NCBI GenBank assembly: GCA_050084985.1
Contig: JBITNC010000002.1
Location: 28,520,001 to 28,584,000 of the forward strand
Source: Nageia nagi
Lineage: Eukaryota; Plantae; Pinophyta
Reading direction: 5' to 3'
Length of the DNA: 64,000 nucleotides
Positions 61,451-64,000 of this stretch are shown here, one piece after another. The stretch's first letter is position 1. The number at the start of each line of letters is the position of its first letter. The position numbers and the translations under genes are program-made. Below the pieces are notes generated by a model. It saw only the letters and a program-made list of their open reading frames with translations, searched no databases and was not told where the DNA came from.

Positions 61451-63388
61451 ATTTGGTTTTGCCATTTTGTTAGGTAAAATTAAACTGAAAAAGGGATTAC
61501 AGTGACTCATTAAGGAGATCTAATAGATTAAGCAATTAAAATTAAAATTAAATTTGTTAAAGGAATACGTTAAGGAATTTTTGGAAGTTTTGAAGAATTT
61601 GAGACCTTCAACTGATTTGTTACATCCTAGAAGATCAATTTTGGCTTAAAATCTCATTTGTTGATCCCTTGGAGGAAAACATGGGAGCTTTCATATCTGA
61701 ATTGTGAATCTTGGGCATCTAAAACCAAACATAGGAGATTGTTATACCAAATTGTAGTATTGAGAAGAGAAAGGTTGTACATGGGACCCTGGTGCATAGT
61801 TTGAACCATTTTTCATAAGTTTTTCTCTTGGATCAAGATTGTTTCATAATTTGAGATTTTATTTTTCCAGGTTTGATAAAATTTTGAAATTTCTAATTTA
61901 ATCTCTATAATTTAAATTTTAATCTATAATTATGGAGAAATAAGAAGATAAAAAGAAAATCTTATTTTTTTATTTGCATGAAAAATAATATTTAATTTGA
62001 CAAGTGAATTAATTAAGGAGGGATAAGGTGTTCTTAAATTTTGAATTTTGGAGGGAAAGAGCAAGATACAAATGTGAATAGCAAAATTTGAATATTTTGA
62101 GATACTATAAAGACAAACGGAATAGGAAATGAACACAACATTTGGAGAGGCATACTTCACAATTTGAGGCAAGGAGGAGTTCATAAGAGATATTGCATAA
62201 AGGAGAAGTTCCTTCCATAAAGGATACCATTATCCAACCAAGAGAGTGGTATGTTGGGCTTCGAGGAGGCTCATATTTACATGGTCTCATTTCTAAAAGA
62301 TTATGAAATAAGATATTGGAGTATAAATACGTCATTCAACTACTATGGAGGTATTGGAAACTTGAAGAGGTATGAAAAGCATTCAATTTTTATATCTTGC
62401 ACTCTTCCAAGGTAATGCTTATATTTAAAAATTAAAAGGTTGAGCAAAAAATGGTTAAGAATGAAGAGGATAATTACGAATCAGATGAAGGAGAACTAGA
62501 CTATAAAGCTAATACAATTTGGAATACTTATTCAGAAATAAGAAATGAGGAAGATTAATTCCCTTATTAATCCTTTGACCAAAGAAATTATAGGAAGTGT
62601 TGCCTTGCAAGAGAAGAATGATGAATTGGTCGAAGGAGGAGTTTCCATTAAAAGAGTAACTAACAATTCATTGAGGGATACAAAATTCAAAAAAGTTGTT
62701 TATGATCGACATTTTGCAACATATATTGAAGAAAAAATTCATATTAGTTTCAACACTCTTGGGTTGACGAACAATGAGCAGAAACTAACCACTAATGAAG
62801 AACATAAAGGACAAATTTTAGGGGTTGCATTGTGGGATATTTTAGACTATATATATGCTCCTCTTAATCCCCTACATAAGGTTGTAATAAGAATTTGGTT
62901 TGATTTCATTTTGTTTGTTGCTTCTCACATATTTGAAAGGGATGATGTAAACTTTCAAAATTAATAGAAGAATTTTCTCATGAAAGAAGGCATATAAAGA
63001 TGAGTGACATGATGATTGTTCATTATAATAAATTCAGAACTGAAATTGTTACAACTAAAGGTATTATTGATCAAGGAAGGGTAGACCTCATATATACTCA
63101 ATTACAAGATATTATGGTAAAAGTGATACTACATGACATAATGTGTATGGAATGCGGTCATGTAGAGACTTGGATGAGTTATCACATAAAGGAATCAAAG
63201 TTTGAAGAAAGATAATAGTTTGAAAAAGAGCACAAGGTAGTTTTAATATCACCTGAGATAATTGGTAAAGAAGTAACATTCTTTGCATTCATATCTATTC
63301 TTGGCTTCATGGTTATTAGGAAAGAAAGAGCACCTAGAGCACCATCATGGCAAGGTGAATTCACAATCAAAGTAACACAATAGAAGCA

Positions 63389-64000
63389 TGAAGAAGATAA
63401 GGCAACTCAGGCTACTCATCCTCTTCAGCTTGTGCATTTGGATTTGATGGGTCCATTTCAGACTAAGTCTCTAGGGGGAGCTTCTTATGTTCTAACCTTC
63501 ATTGATGACTTCAGTAGGATGACATTTGGTTATCTACTTGAGCACAAGGATCAAACTTTTGATAGGTTTAAAGACTTCAAGGCTCTTGTTGAAAATCAAA
63601 CTGATTTTAAGATCAAGATGCTTAGATCTGATAATGGGGGTGAGTATAATAGCAATGAGTTTAATGATTATTGTGTTAAACATGGGATCAAGCGGTAATT
63701 CACAATCCCTTACACCCCTCAACAAAATGGAGTTGCTGAAAGGAAGAATCGAACCATTATGGAAATGGTAAGGTGCATGTTGGGTAACCTTCCTAATTTC
63801 TTATGGGGTGAAGCTATTCACACTGCTATTCACACCCTTAATAGGTGTCCTACTAAAGTAGTTGAAGGTAAAACTCCGTATGAAGCATGGACAGGAAAGA
63901 AACCTAACATCTCACACTTTAGGGTCTTCGGTTGTGATGCATTTACCTTCATTACCTCAGAGAAAAGAAAGAAGTTGGATAAAAGATCAGAAAAATGCAT
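63389..64000 (+). mobile_element. 5'-truncated Copia integrase fragment, same family as 3395-12266, running off the window
   Basis: Colinear with 8520-9130, roughly 90% identical by eye; CAA>TAA stop at 63696-63698. Confidence 0.93.

Noticed and set aside
62545-63215. 139-aa and 71-aa plus-strand ORFs
   Set aside because: No identifiable motifs; probably decayed retroelement sequence.

Overview
AT-rich, CpG-depleted eukaryotic DNA from a large-genome land plant. The very long TE-filled introns and the retroelement types suggest a gymnosperm (inference). The only host gene I can support is a minus-strand NAT/NCS2 purine permease of the fungal/algal UapA type. I rebuilt six in-phase GT-AG exons by hand (53030-13979, 756 nt, 252 aa, about the N-terminal half); exons 7 onward are not in the window. 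A 1.67-kb copy of this gene's promoter, exon 1 and intron-1 start lies about 50.5 kb downstream (1537-3211), with exon 1 identical. TEs include: a very young full-length Ty1/Copia (3395-12266; LTRs differ at 1 of 489 nt) whose 3.1-kb leader holds a captured PPR fragment, a probable intron and a structured RNA-like domain, and whose 3' UTR has a covarying hairpin array; a complete hAT element (25647-29583, 8-bp TSD); two Mutator-like foldback MITEs; and many decayed Gypsy, LTR and LINE remnants with hairpin-repeat arrays. All alignments and folds were done by eye; no searches were run.
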